Origin: Eledone cirrhosa
Lineage: Eukaryota
DNA: 64,000 nt
NCBI GenBank assembly: GCA_964016885.1
Contig: OZ024743.1
Coordinates: forward strand, 15,128,001 to 15,192,000
Direction of reading: 5' to 3'
Positions 27,762-41,300 of the stretch are shown in pieces (within the stretch, counting starts at the first letter, position 1; every line of letters starts with the position of its first letter). Made by a program: the position numbers and the translations under genes. The notes under the pieces are model-generated. The model did not search any database. It was given only the letters and a program-made list of their open reading frames with translations, and was not told the DNA's origin.

Positions 27762-27986
27762 CATATATATATATACATATATATATACATACATATATAC
27801 ATACATACATATATATATATACATACATATATAAATACACATACATATATACATACATACATATATACATACATACATATATATAGATACATACATATAT
27901 ATATACATATATATATATATACATACATACATACATATATATATACATATATATATATATATACATACATATATATATATATATAT

Positions 27987-28042
<56 letters not shown>

Positions 28043-28049
28043 GCATACA

Positions 28050-28083
<34 letters not shown>

Positions 28084-28175
28084 CATACATATATATATAT
28101 ACATATATATATATACATACATATATATATATGTACATATATATATATACATACATATATATATACATACATACA

Positions 28176-28532
28176 CGAGAATCCTGAGGATGGCTTTGAA
28201 CATTAATCAGTATACACTGAGGATGAAAAACTCAGAGCTGTATGGGAGCATCACAAAAGTCAGCTCAAAAGTGACACAGAGGAGACTGAGGTTAGCTGGA
28301 CATGCTCACCGACACCCAGAGTTGACATTGCACTCAGTACTCCTTTGGGAGCCCCTACATGGACACACTAGAAGAGGAAGACCAAGGTTAACGTATGTTG
28401 ATGCCCTAAGGACAGACACTGGTCTGTTTGAGATGCAGGACATGGCAGCGATAATGAGGGACAGAGACCGCTGGAGAGAACTCGTCCATGGATCTCGGGA
28501 ATTTGACCCGCCTTAGATAGATAGATAGATAG
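28176..28532 (+). mobile_element. RTE-like LINE 3' fragment with (TAGA)n tail
   Basis: [32 protein letters not shown]. Same family as 54232-55597. Confidence 0.85.
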
Positions 28533-28574
28533 ATACATACATATATATATATATATATATTCATATATATATAT

Positions 28575-28623
<49 letters not shown>

Positions 28624-28626
28624 TAC

Positions 28627-28695
<69 letters not shown>

Positions 28696-28714
28696 TAAAC
28701 ATATATATATATAC

Positions 28715-28860
<146 letters not shown>

Positions 28861-28874
28861 GTATATATAGTAAT

Positions 28875-29115
28875 AATAATAAATTTGAAGACTAAAATCC
28901 AAAGAGGGCTCGATAAGGATAAATATATATCAAATATATAAGAACCGTAGAGCAAGTATTTATTAAAATAACAGATTTAAGTTTAAGCAAAGAATCGCAT
29001 CTTTCACCCTTAACGGGTTCTTCTGAAACTTCTGAAACTAACTTTGTTTGTTTCAAAAGATCCCGTTAAGGGTGAGAGCAGCGATTATCTGCTTAAACTT
29101 TAATCTGTTATTTTA

Positions 29116-29120
<5 letters not shown>
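28875..29120. mobile_element. Micro-PLE: minus pLTR end with tail plus inverted copy, giving a palindrome at ~28957-29120
   Basis: tttattaaaataacaga..aagtttaagcaaagaatcg..ctttcacccttaacggg is mirrored at 29075-29120. The same terminus occurs at 4358 and 21868. Confidence 0.65.
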
Positions 29121-29175
<55 letters not shown>

Positions 29176-29283
29176 ATACATATATATATATATATATACA
29201 TACATATATATATACACACATACATATATATATATATACACATACATATATATATATACACATACATATATATATATGTATAT

Positions 29284-29328
<45 letters not shown>

Positions 29329-29499
29329 TATATATATATACACATATATATATATACATACACACATATATATATACGTACACACATATATATATATATA
29401 TATATAAACATACATACATACATATATAAATATACATACATACATATATATATATACATACATACATAAATATATAGATACATACATACATATATATAA

Positions 29500-31900
29500 G
29501 AGAATATTGAAGTTTGCTTGAAGCATTGTGGAACAATAAGTAAATATCTTTAAGTCGTTTGGAAGCCTCGACAATGCAAATGGGTAAATCTCCGGGTAAC
29601 AAGGTCCGGTGGTGGAGAGAGAGATGCAAGTCGGTGTACGTTGAGATGCGTGGTGTGTATAAGATGATGTGAGATGTGTAGAATGAAGGGAAGAGTATAA
29701 AGGATAAAATTAAAATAACAACACAAGAGAGAGTTCCCTTGGGAGAGATTTAATAGTCCCTATATATTTCGGATTCACATCCATCAACTGGGTTTTTTTT
29801 CCGGGGTGGGGGAAAGGTTGTCTGTCGGACAAGTCTGGAACGCGTCCTTCGCTGTTTGTTGTGTTGAATATCTGAGGTATTAGGCAAAGCGCGCGTGTGC
29901 GTGAAATGGGGTCGGTTGTACAGAGGTCAGCGGCCGAATGAGGGAGTGGGATGGCGCGTGCTGTCAGTCCATTCTCTGCCTGTTTGTTAAATGTTACTGT
30001 GGGTGTGTGTGCGTGTGTTGTTGTCTCGCTTGAGTGTGTTTGTGTGTATGCGTGTGTTGTTGCCTTGTTCCTCTGTATTGGCAGTGTAGTATGTTCGTAT
30101 GGTGGAATGCTACTGTGTGTGGGTGCGTGTGTGTGTGTAGTTGTCTCGTTTGCGTGTGTGCGTATGTTGTGTGTTGTTGCATCGCTTGTTAACTTAAACC
30201 AGACATCTCATTTCGCTTCTCTCTGATCGGTTGTTTATTTGCGGTTGCAGTCGTTTGATAAAAAGCGCTTCCTTGATACGTAACTTGCCGACGTTTCTTT
30301 CAGTCGCTAGAACTGTGACAATGGGCCTTCCGTCTTTGTTTCCGCATTTGTCTATGTGTTTCCGGAAAGACGAGGCCCTGGTTTTAATGTGTTCCTTGAT
30401 CCGGATGTGCAAAGGTCGAATTGTGCTACCTATGTAGTATTGGTTGCACCTGTCACATTCTATCTTATACACGACGTATGTGCGTAGGCAACAGTTCGCA
30501 TGGCGTATCGGGCAGTCTCTGAGGGAGCATGCGTCAGTAGATTTTTCGGGTTTCCTGGAGGGGCATCTTCGTAGGGAGGGGCCCGAGTGGGCCACGTGGA
30601 TGTCGAGACCCTCCCTCCGTATAGCCTTGCGGATAGCGTTGGTGGTTTTCTCGCCCAGGTGTCGCATGTTAAGGAAGCACTTGTCTTGGGTGCTTCTCTG
30701 TCTCTTGCGTCTGGTGTCTCCTATTCTGTCTGTGATCGAGGTAGGGTACCCGTTCGTCTCCAGCACCTCGAGGAATCGCTTGGTATGAGTGACACCACTC
30801 GCGGGATCGCTGCATCTGTTTTTGATTCGCGCGATCTCGTTCGTGATGTATCCCCTTTTGGCACTGTTAAGGAGGGCGGAATTGTAGTGAACGAATAGGT
30901 CCCTGCAGGCTGCCTTTCGGTAGAAGTTGCAGTGGATCCTTCCCTGTTCCGTGATGTTGATTCGGAAGTCGAGGAGGGCAAGTCACCCGTCATCGTTGGG
31001 GTGCAACCAATACTACATAGGTAGCACAATTCGACCTTTGCACATCCCGATCAAGGAACACATTAAAACCAGGGCCTCATCTTTCCGGAAACACATAGAC
31101 AAATGCGGAAACAAAGACGGAAGGCCCATTGTCACAATTCTAGCGACTGAAAGAAACGTCGGCACGTTACCTATCAAGGAAGCGCTTTTTATCAAACGAC
31201 TGCAACCGCAAATAAACAACCGATCAGAGAGAAGCGAAATGAGATGTCTGGTTTAAGTTAACAAGCGATGCAACAACACACAACACACACACGGAAAGGA
31301 GACAACTACACACACACACGCACACACACACAGTAGCGTTCCACCATACGAACATACTACACTGCCAATACAGAGGAACAAGGCAACAACACACGCAAAC
31401 ACACACACACACACACACACACTCAAGCGAGACAACAACACACGCACACACACAGTAACATTTAACAAACAGGCAGAGAATGGACTGACAGCACGCGCTA
31501 TCCCACTCCTTCATTCGGCCGCTGACCTCTGTACGACCGACCCCATTTCACGCGCACGCGCGCTCTGCCGAATACCTCAGATGTTCAAAACAACAAACAG
31601 CGAAGGACGCGTTACGGACTTGTCCGACAGACAACCTTTTCACCCACCCCGGAAAAAAAACCCAGTTGATGGATGTGAATCCGAAATATATAGGGACTAT
31701 TAAATCTCTCTTGTGTTGTTATTTTAATTTTATCCTTTATACTCTTCCCTTCATTCTACACGTCTCACACATCTTATACACACCACGCATCTCAACGTGC
31801 ACCCGCTTACATCTCTCTTTCCACCACCGGACCTTGTTACCCGGAGATTTACCCATTTGCATTGTCGAGGCTTCCAAACGACTTAAAGATATTTACTTAT
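29500..31900. mobile_element. PLE (Poseidon/Nematis-like) insertion: minus copy 29500-31001 (RT thumb, GIY-YIG, pLTR, ~37-nt tail) plus inverted copy 31002-31900
   Basis: FYRKAA..LFVHYNSAL..NEIARI..NGYP / CLRTYVVYKIEC..CNQYYIGSTIRPLHIRIKEH..EALFIKRLQPQIN. Inverted ~0.9-kb arms. Confidence 0.88.
30194..30985 (-). pseudogene. PLE RT-thumb/GIY-YIG ORF fragment
   Basis: ORF 30194-30766 plus upstream in-frame RT-thumb motifs. Confidence 0.8.
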
Positions 31901-32097
31901 ACATATATATATATACACATACATACGTATATACATATATACATATATAAAATATACATACATATATAGATACATATATATACATACATATATATATATA
32001 CATACATATATACATACATATACATACATACATATACATACATACATACATATACATACATACATACATACGCATAGATACATACATATATATACAT

Positions 32098-32468
32098 ATG
32101 GTGGCTGCCAACTCGTTTTTGAGTACGGCCACTACTTTATATCCATGTAGGAGAACGCCTACCGATGCACTGAACGAGTGTGACTTTTTTGTCCAGCCAG
32201 CGACTTGAAAACTCTGGTACAAACACTACACCTGTGACAATCATTGACATATAGTGCTGGGCCCATTGGACCATGTGAGGACAAGTGCTGAGAGATCTCC
32301 AGATATAAAGCAATGCCTGTGCCGTGAAGCTTTTATAGTGAGCAAAGGCACTGCACAAAGCCAGTCCCACTCTCTTAACCAAGATGATATTTATCAAAAA
32401 GAAGAACAAGTCAACATCATTGGATACCATCAGGGTTGCAGGTGTTATATCAGAGTTTTCCTTCTCTT
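32098..32468 (-). mobile_element. Third copy of the non-coding retroposon at 21998
   Basis: High identity, shared end, shortest copy. Confidence 0.75.
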
Positions 32469-32924
32469 ATACATATATATATACATACATACATATATAC
32501 TTATATACATACGTATATATACATACATATATATACATACATACATACATATATATACATACATATATATGCATACATACATATATATACATATACATAA
32601 TATATATACATACATACACATATATATATATATACATACACATATATATACACATATATATACACATATATATACACATACATATATATATACACATATA
32701 TACACATATATATACACATACATATATATATACACTTATATATACACATACATATATATATACACATATATATACACATATATACACACACATATATATA
32801 CACATACACATATATATACACATATATATACATATACACATATGTATTTATATATATTCATATATATATATATTGAGTATATAGACGTGCTTTGATTTCT
32901 TTTATATATATGAATGTATGTATA

Positions 32925-32976
<52 letters not shown>

Positions 32977-32981
32977 TATAT

Positions 32982-33033
<52 letters not shown>

Positions 33034-33143
33034 TAGTTTGACTGGAAAGTTCTGAGGGTTGTTAAGCTAAATCCTTCAATTCTTCATTGAACACACCTGA
33101 AACATATATATATAAACATATATACATATATATATATATATAT

Positions 33144-33254
33144 AATGAAGGAGTTGTGGTAAGGAACCAGATGGACCAAAACGCACCAGAGTACTAAATA
33201 CAGAAATAGCCGTCGAAACGGCTTGAGCTCTGCCGTCGGGGTCATACTTTGTCC

Positions 33255-33286
<32 letters not shown>

Positions 33287-33287
33287 C

Positions 33288-33384
<97 letters not shown>

Positions 33385-33494
33385 ACAAAGTATGACCACG
33401 ACGGCAGAGCTCAAGCCGTTTCGACGGCTATTTCTGTATTGAGTACTCTGGTACGTTTTGGTCCATCTGGTTCCTTACCACAACTCCTTCATTA
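33144..33494. mobile_element. Two ~113-bp mini-PLEs (Naiad family) in inverted orientation, separated by (TA)n
   Basis: Each is the left terminus TAGGA..CGGCTA fused to the tail ..GTATTGAGTAC..GGTTCCTTACCACA..CCTTC of the 22697-27008 family. Confidence 0.8.
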
Positions 33495-33553
33495 TATATA
33501 TATACATATACATAGGTACATTCATACACACATGCATACAAACATAACTACAT

Positions 33554-33609
<56 letters not shown>

Positions 33610-35020
33610 TGCTAGGGAAAGGAGGATCAGGGGTGTATAACACTCCACTTATCCAGCAGGCAGTATGAGGTTAGCTCAATGTCTGAGGACAGAGCCGTAA
33701 TATAATAAATAAATAACAAAGAACGCTTATAGCATATGCATATCTTTACTTGCTAACATTGTTTCATCCGCACTATAAGTGGGACTCATCAGAGCATAAA
33801 GGTTAATTACATACCATACAAGCAATAACAAATCCAAGACATTGAAGAATGAAAGGTAATAATAGACGATAGAGGATAAGAATAAAAATAAAAATAAAAG
33901 TAAAAATAAAAATAAAAATAAAAATAAAAATAAAAATAAAAATAAAAATAAAAATAAGGGGTGCTATCAGTCACACTTGGGCGATGTGCTGTCAACATAT
34001 AGTTACATACAAGCATACACATGGATAAGAGAACAGACAAGAGTAGACACATGGATAAGAGAACAGACAAGAGTAGATAAGATAATGGGATTAGGTAAGA
34101 GTAGGTAAAAAATAGGTAAAAAATAGGTAAAAAACAGACTTATAATATATATAAAAAGAAATACAAAGAAATACATAACAAACTTACATATAAAATATAA
34201 AATATAGGGTAAGGAATGAGATAAAATAATATAAAATTAAAATTAAAAATTAAAAATTATATACATAGAACATAATATAGTATAATCATAAAATAAGATA
34301 AAATAAGGTAAACTAAAATCAAATAACATAGACTAAATTAAAATAATATAATATAAGATATAATTAAAATCAAATGTATAATTATAATTATATGTATAAT
34401 TAAATGTAATTAAATGTAATTAAATAAATAAATAAATAAATAAATAAAAATTAAATAAATAAATAAAATTAAAATTAAAATTTTAAAATTTTAAAATTAA
34501 AATCTAAATTTAAATATAAATAAATAAATAAATAAATAAATAAATGGAGTCAAGTAAGTAAATAAATAAAATTAGATAACATGAAATGAAATAAAATAAA
34601 ATGAAATAAAGTAAATTGAGATAAGATATATATTTTTTTTAGAATATATCTCTTGAATATATCAGGGGCCCACGAAGGCACTAAATGTCACAGTTATGTG
34701 TATCACTTGACCAATTTTTTAATATATATTTCTTGAAAACATCAGGGGCCCACGAAGGCACTAAGTGTCACAGTCACCAGTATCACTTGACCATTGCAAG
34801 GCAATGGAGGCGTCGCAGGTTGGGCAGTCTCGAAAGTTCACTCGAAAGTCATGGGTGTGCATTCACACAGTTGAGCGGTGGGGTAATCACAAACCGGTTC
34901 ACACACCAATTTTTTAAAATATATTTCTTGAAAACATCAGGGGCCCACGAAGGCACTAAGTGTCACAGTCACCAGTATCACTTGAGCGGTGGGGTAATCA
35001 CAAACCGGTTCACACACATA
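33610..35020 (-). mobile_element. PLE pLTR/3' UTR, AT-rich, with three direct repeats at 34660-35020
   Basis: Minus-strand hammerhead near 33751-33797, (AAAAT)n UTR, ATCAGGGGCCCACGAAGGCACTAA repeated three times. Confidence 0.55.
33751..33797 (-). ncRNA. Minimal type I hammerhead ribozyme
   Basis: Minus strand: TGCT-CTGATGA-GTCCCAC/TTATA/GTGCGGAT-GAAA-CAATG-TT-AGCA, GUU triplet. Confidence 0.75.
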
Positions 35021-35834
35021 TATATATATACTAGCAGGCGTACCCGGCGTTGCTCGGGAAATGAATGACAGCCTGTTTGTCCGTATAAAGAGAGCCAAAG
35101 GTTGAGCAAGGAATTGAAATGTAATTGTAAAAAAAAAGTTTAACAAAATGGGTGTACAGTGACATGATTGAGTGAAATAAACGGCAACATAAAAACAATT
35201 CATGGGGTAGCTTGAGTTAATTGACGTAAATGTTTTCAGGTCCGGCCTTGCTGTAGTAGTTATGAGATAAAGATGGAATAGACGCACCGAATGTCCTTCA
35301 GTAGACTAAACCCTATGCGTAATATGGCGCTGCCACTAAAATGTTGACCATCCACTGGACATAGATATATCATTCCCCCTCAACGCCTGAATACACGATG
35401 AGCATGAGCAAAATGGTTAAGTTAATCAAAACGAAGACACTGTTGCCGAGAGTGCTGCTGCACGATTTTCAGAGGTCATGGCGAGTCAAACTGCTAGGTT
35501 AGGGGGCCATAGTGAGTCAAGCTGCTATGTTAGGGGCCAAATGCCAAGTAAGCAATGACATAGAATGCATTTTAAGGCAATCATTTTAGCAATGGTCATT
35601 GTTGTAACATAAAAAAGTTTTATTTAATGAACTAAGTAGCAGAAAGAAGAACTCTGCCTGCCCTAACTGCTCTGATATTCCAACCGGCTTCATGTTAATA
35701 ACATGGTAATTGTGACATGCCTAAAATGCTATCCGGTTCTATCCGGTCATGTATCTGTGCTAGTCATGAGTGCCTGGGTGTGTTTTTTGTGAGTATGAAG
35801 GACCGCAAACCAAACAAACGGCATGAATCGGTTT

Positions 35835-38800
35835 CTATAGAACCCCAGGATAGACGATGTTCTTTGTTTTACCCCTGGGAAGAAAGGCAAAGATATTGTC
35901 CCGACTCCCGACTCTGGAGCATGCAACGTATAATTGGCCATGTGAGAAACATGGCTCTTCCAGGTGAAGACCTGCCACCGAAAGTGTCTGGCCCTGGGAC
36001 TTATTGACGGACATTGCAAAGCACACACGAAGCGGAAACTTGATCGCCTGAAAGTGAAATGAATGTCCGCCCCTGATGTTGACAGGTGGACCCTGGGTAT
36101 TAGTGCATCCTCTCCCGTTCCACACCCAGTGAGAATTGTGGCCTCTATCAGGCGCGGAGACATCTTTTTGACCACCAGTCGCGTGCCATTACAGAGTTGT
36201 GGTGGGGTTTGATTCCTCAAAAGCATCACGGGGTTTCCCTCTTTCAGCTTTAATATGTGGGGAGGTAGTCCTGGAGGATTCAAGGAGTTAAGAAATTCAG
36301 TGGGGTAATTCACTGCCTCCTGCGGATCTGGGACAATATCAACGGATTTAAATGTGTGAAGCTAAACAGGAAGGCACTGCAGTAGCTGGTCGTTGATTCC
36401 ACTGACAGTGCTATTTTTCGGAGCCAGGATGGCTCTTTCACATAGCCAACGCTGGTCTCTGAAGTTTTCCTATAGATTGGGAAAAACTCTTGCCTTCAGC
36501 CAGCCACAGTTGTAACACTAGTGCAAAGGTGGTCGATGAGTATGTCGCCATGTGCATCCATATGAATCCTGCTATCGCCCAGTGCAAGGAGGTCCTGAGC
36601 ATAATTTTCTGAAGAAGCGTCGCTGTGCTGCTGTGCCTGCTTATTCCTAGGCAGCCTCAAAGTTTTTACATGCTGCCAAAGTGAAGAAGACTTTAGGAAG
36701 GTGCGTACCTCATCGGCTCGTGTTACTTTGGGTATGACGGGAAGAGTTTGTTTGAAGTCTTCTGACAGTAGCAGAGTAACACCTCCCATGCGATCTTCAC
36801 AATCCTTGATATCTCGTAAGGTCCTATCAAGTGCCTCAAGAGCACATTTCTGTGCCATTGTGCATTCATCCCAGACAATGAAGTCGCACCTCATCAGTAG
36901 TTGTCCTCTATCGGAGTTTTTAGCAATGTTGCATGATGGAGTTTCTGAGGAGGCTACATTGAGGGGAAGTTTCAAACAGGAGTGTGCTGTCCTGCCACCA
37001 GGCGGCAATGTTGCGGCAATAACAGACGATGCTACTGCTAGCGCGATTTCTTTCTGCTGCCTTAAATTAGCGAGCAGTAGTTTAATAACAAACGTTTTTC
37101 CAGTCCCTCCGGGAGCATCCAGGAAGAAGATGCCCCCTTTCCGAAGAAGTACGAAATCAGAGATAGTGTTGTACGCGAGTAGCTGGTCCGGAAGTATTTT
37201 TGGCATAGTATCATCGACGTATTTTGCGAGGGCGACAACGTCATATGACGTTTCTCGGATGATGTCAGAGGGGAGTTTATTTGAATCCTATCGTAGGATT
37301 TGCGGCAGGCCATATGTCGGTAAAGTATCACCCCCCCCCCCCCCCCCCATGCATATTAATCGGTCTTCTAAACTAATAAGTGCCCTATTGTAGACATCGT
37401 CGCAGAAGCCTACGTCAACATTTGGAAGCAGTAGCTGGGCCTGGTATTTGAAGTCCTCAGACATGTCGTTTCTATATTTTAACCACAAAGAATCAGGATC
37501 AGGCAAATCGCACGCATGCAGCATAAGTGTGAAGAACTTTCTGAGACAGCCAGCTGTATGTGATACAGCAGCCTCGGCCAAAGTTTCATCCCTTTGAGCG
37601 CCGTCCTCAAGTAGCCCGTATTTCAAACATGCTTCGCTGTATGTAGTGCATAATTGGCCATCAACATTTCTGAGGTTGAGGAAACTTGTATGCCCTCTAA
37701 CCTCATGTAAAAGCAGGCGCAGGTAGAAGCACTCGTCTGGTTGTGATGAACCATATAAACTCTCCCCAGGCAAGAGTCAAATCGGATGCCAGGGGGTCCA
37801 TCAACATGCTGGCCTGCCTTTCTCCGTGTCCATGATTTTTTGTTCCAGGTATAATATGATGGCACCTGTGGTTACAGCAGCATTCGAGCGAACTGGTCTT
37901 GCTGGCAGAGCCTAAAAAACGCCGTGAGTGTTGTTTCCCTCGGCTCATCTGCAAGTTGAAAACCACTGTTGTTGATAAAATAAACACGTTGCCCATTCTC
38001 AAGGTGAACCGCAAGCTTTTCAATTGCAGGATCCCTCTGATGTATGGGAAAACCAACAATCCGCCAGAAGGCCTCGTTGCTGCTGATGTATCGCCCCACC
38101 TGATACTGCGTAACTTCATCGCAGGAGGATTCATTATGAAAGGCGAAATAGCAGCATCTGAGCCCTTGTTGACGTACTTGAAGACATACTTGATGGACTT
38201 AATGGAATTGCAGAACTCAATATTGATATGGGCATTGAATGTCTTAAGGAGGAGTGGACAGTAAGGTACAATCCATCTGCTGTCCACCTCGAAGTTACCA
38301 ACCTTTGCAGTAACCCCCCCCCCTTCCTCAGGACTTCTTCTTCAGTATGATGGATACCCGTCATGACCGGTCTGGGTTTCGAGAATGAATTTTCTGGGGT
38401 ATCTTTTGGAGCACCCATTGTCCTTCATACATGGGGAGGACAAATTGAAGCAACGCCCACACGGACCATGCTCCATGTGTGTCTTAACCTGAACGTAGAG
38501 TTCCCTATCAGTTGATGGGTCTGGAAACTATGGCGATATAATTTTGTTGATGTCATTAGATGTAATCTTTGTCGCTAACCAAATGAAGATGTGTGCATGT
38601 GGCAGACCTCTTTTTTTCCATTCAATTGTATAGATGTCAAACTTTGTAGGTCCAAATACATGGCCTGTTTTAATAAGGTACATGAGTTTAATTAATCGAA
38701 GCCTAAATACTTTTCCGGTGAGATCATGCTTTTTGACCAGGAAAAAGTTCATTCTTGATCTCCGGCCACTTGGGATTGCAAATAAAAGTAATAAATAAAC

Positions 38801-40733
38801 CCGGCCTGCCATAATACCGTACATATGTCATGGCGTCCTGCCTTCTTTCATACATATATCTGGGGCTCCCGGTGAAAGATGAGGGCAGTATGCACACTTG
38901 ACCTAGGCTTCCCGGGTTTGCATCACCGTTGATTCCATCATGGAGATGGATGTAACTGTCACAACGAATCTGTTTTTGATACAGTCTGATGAAACACAAC
39001 CATTCCGACTCCATGTTTGCACACATGCCAACAGTGAATTGGATGAAGAGATCTTGTGAACGGTAAAGGTGATTGAGGGAGGATTCTCGGACCATGAAGC
39101 GGAATACGTAGAAGTCCATACGGGAAAGTGTTTTGGTCGGGTGTTCAGCCTGATTGTTAGCCGTACGCTGCGGAATGCCAAAATGGCATCCATCTTCACC
39201 ATTCACAAAGAGCAGTGGATACTGGAGTGCATCGTAGGATCTATGTATTTCATTGATGCGCTGCAGGGAGTTGTCTCAGTGTTTGATGACAATGTCCCTT
39301 TTGTTGTTCTGTTCACCGTGCAGGACAATTTCTATTTCATTGCACGGGGGTGAATTATAGCGGCCGGCATGTTGCCCCGACGGTTTCTTGTCAGCGTTAA
39401 TGATAATATTAAACTCATGCAAAGGCGCTGATTCCAAAGCACATTTGAAGCTCCTGACATAGCTCTTGTTCCTATGAAGCATGTCTTGAATTTGAAGTAG
39501 GATATCCAAATCAGTATCGTTGGTAAAGGTGTGTCACCTGGTAGCTTGTTGGTGGGAGTTTGCAATGAAGTATACTTGAAGAAATCGGAGTTCCCCATTT
39601 TCCAAAGGATGCAGTAGTCCAATAAGATGGTACATCTTCCCCTGAAGCTTGAAAGTAGGCATAAATCCAGCCTCCGTGATGCTCTGCGCTCCGAAAGAGG
39701 TCATCTGGAATGCGCAATTGTATTGACGGATGTGACGAAGAAAGCCTCGTGACTCCGACGTAGTCCCGGTAAGAAGAAGCTGCAATGGTTGTGGTGGATC
39801 CTGAAGAGGGAGAAAGTGTACTTTACCATTGGACATTGCTGCAGGTTAGGCTGACCATTATTTGGCCCCACAAAACTGACAAGTGGTGGACATGTTGCCG
39901 ATTGCAATATCAGGATGGTTTGAATAGTTTTCTAATGAGTCATAATTAAATGCCTTCAATGACCATCGTGAGTGGGAAGGTCTTGAAATACCCTATACAT
40001 TTGCTCTGCGGTGAACAGTACCCACCGACTGGGCGGTTTGGTTAGGGGCAGCCTCGAAAATCCGTCCCGCAGCAGTAGCATCATGATCTCTGTTTTGAAG
40101 TTCACCTTGTTGCTCATTCTCTGCATATCGAGCAGCTGCCGTTGCTGCAGCACCACTTGCAAGGCGAATTTCACGTTGTTCATCGGTCACGGCAGCTCGT
40201 GCGGCTGCACTTACGGAAGCATCTCTGGTTTAGTGAAGTTGGCGTTGTTCGTCATTCTCATTAGCTCGTACAGCTGATGTTGCGGCAGCATTTCTCTTCA
40301 GACGATTTTTGCGTTGTTCCTCATTCTCAGCAACTCGTATTCCTGCAGTTGCTGTGGCATCCAGTGTTTGGTGACGTAAACGTCGCTCCTCATTCTCAGC
40401 AGCTCGCGAGGCTGCAGTTGCTGTGGCATCCCGTATTTGGTGACGTAAACGTCGTTCCTCATTCTCAGCAACTCGTGCGGCTGCAGTTGCTGTGGCATCC
40501 CGTGTTTGGTGACGTAAACGTCGTTCCTCATTCTCAGCAACTTGTGAGGCTGCAGTTGCTGTGGCATCCCGTGTTTGGTGACGTAAACGTCGTTCCTCAT
40601 TCTCAGCAACTTGTGCTATGTTTTCTGACTGACTTATTTCATGATCAATCCTTGCCTTCTTCGTCTGATATTTGGCCGACGGCCGCCCAATTGAAGGTTT
40701 TCTCTTTGTAGGCATTATCTCGCGGAGTACCAA
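35835..40733 (-). pseudogene. Helitron Rep-Helicase (HUH Rep plus PIF1-family helicase), multiply frameshifted
   Basis: [107 protein letters not shown]. Confidence 0.92.
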
Positions 40734-40919
40734 ACTGTTGTCCGAAGTGGGGAAAATAGCAATAACTTGAGAAGTTTAAACTTAGATGTTATGCATTGAG
40801 AACGATGATTTAGAGGTTAGTAATGTAAATGGAAGAAGAACAGGTTTAAAAATAGAAGCACACAATATTCGGTGATTCGCAATGTCAACTTAAATTGAGA
40901 GAACTGCTAATGTGCATTT

Positions 40920-41300
40920 TACGCCCGCATTAATGTACGGGGAGTAGACAATTTAACCGTTTTAACTCCCGAGAAGCATATAGTATTTATTATTGGCATT
41001 AATCTACGGTGGGCGTAAGGCATTAATGTACGGGGTGTAGACAATTTAATCGTTTTAACTCCTGTGAAGCATATAGTATTTATTATTGGCATTAATCTAC
41101 GGTGGGCGTAAGGCATTAATGTACGGGGTGTAGACAATTTAATCGTTTTAACTCCTGTGAAGCATATAGTATTTATTATTGGCATTAATCTACGGTGGCC
41201 GTAAGGCATTAATGTACGGGGAGTAGACAATTTAATCGTTTTAACTTCTGAGAAGCATATAGTATTTATTATTGGCATTAATCTACGGTGGGCGTAAGGC
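40920..41300. repeat. ~90-bp minisatellite, about 4 units, inside the Helitron 5' region
   Basis: GCATTAATGTACGGGG.GTAGACAATTTAA..GCATATAGTATTTATTATTGGCATTAATCTACGGTGG repeated. Confidence 0.9.

Noticed and set aside
40920-41300. CRISPR-like regular repeats
   Set aside because: Units are contiguous near-identical tandem repeats without unique spacers, in a eukaryotic Helitron context
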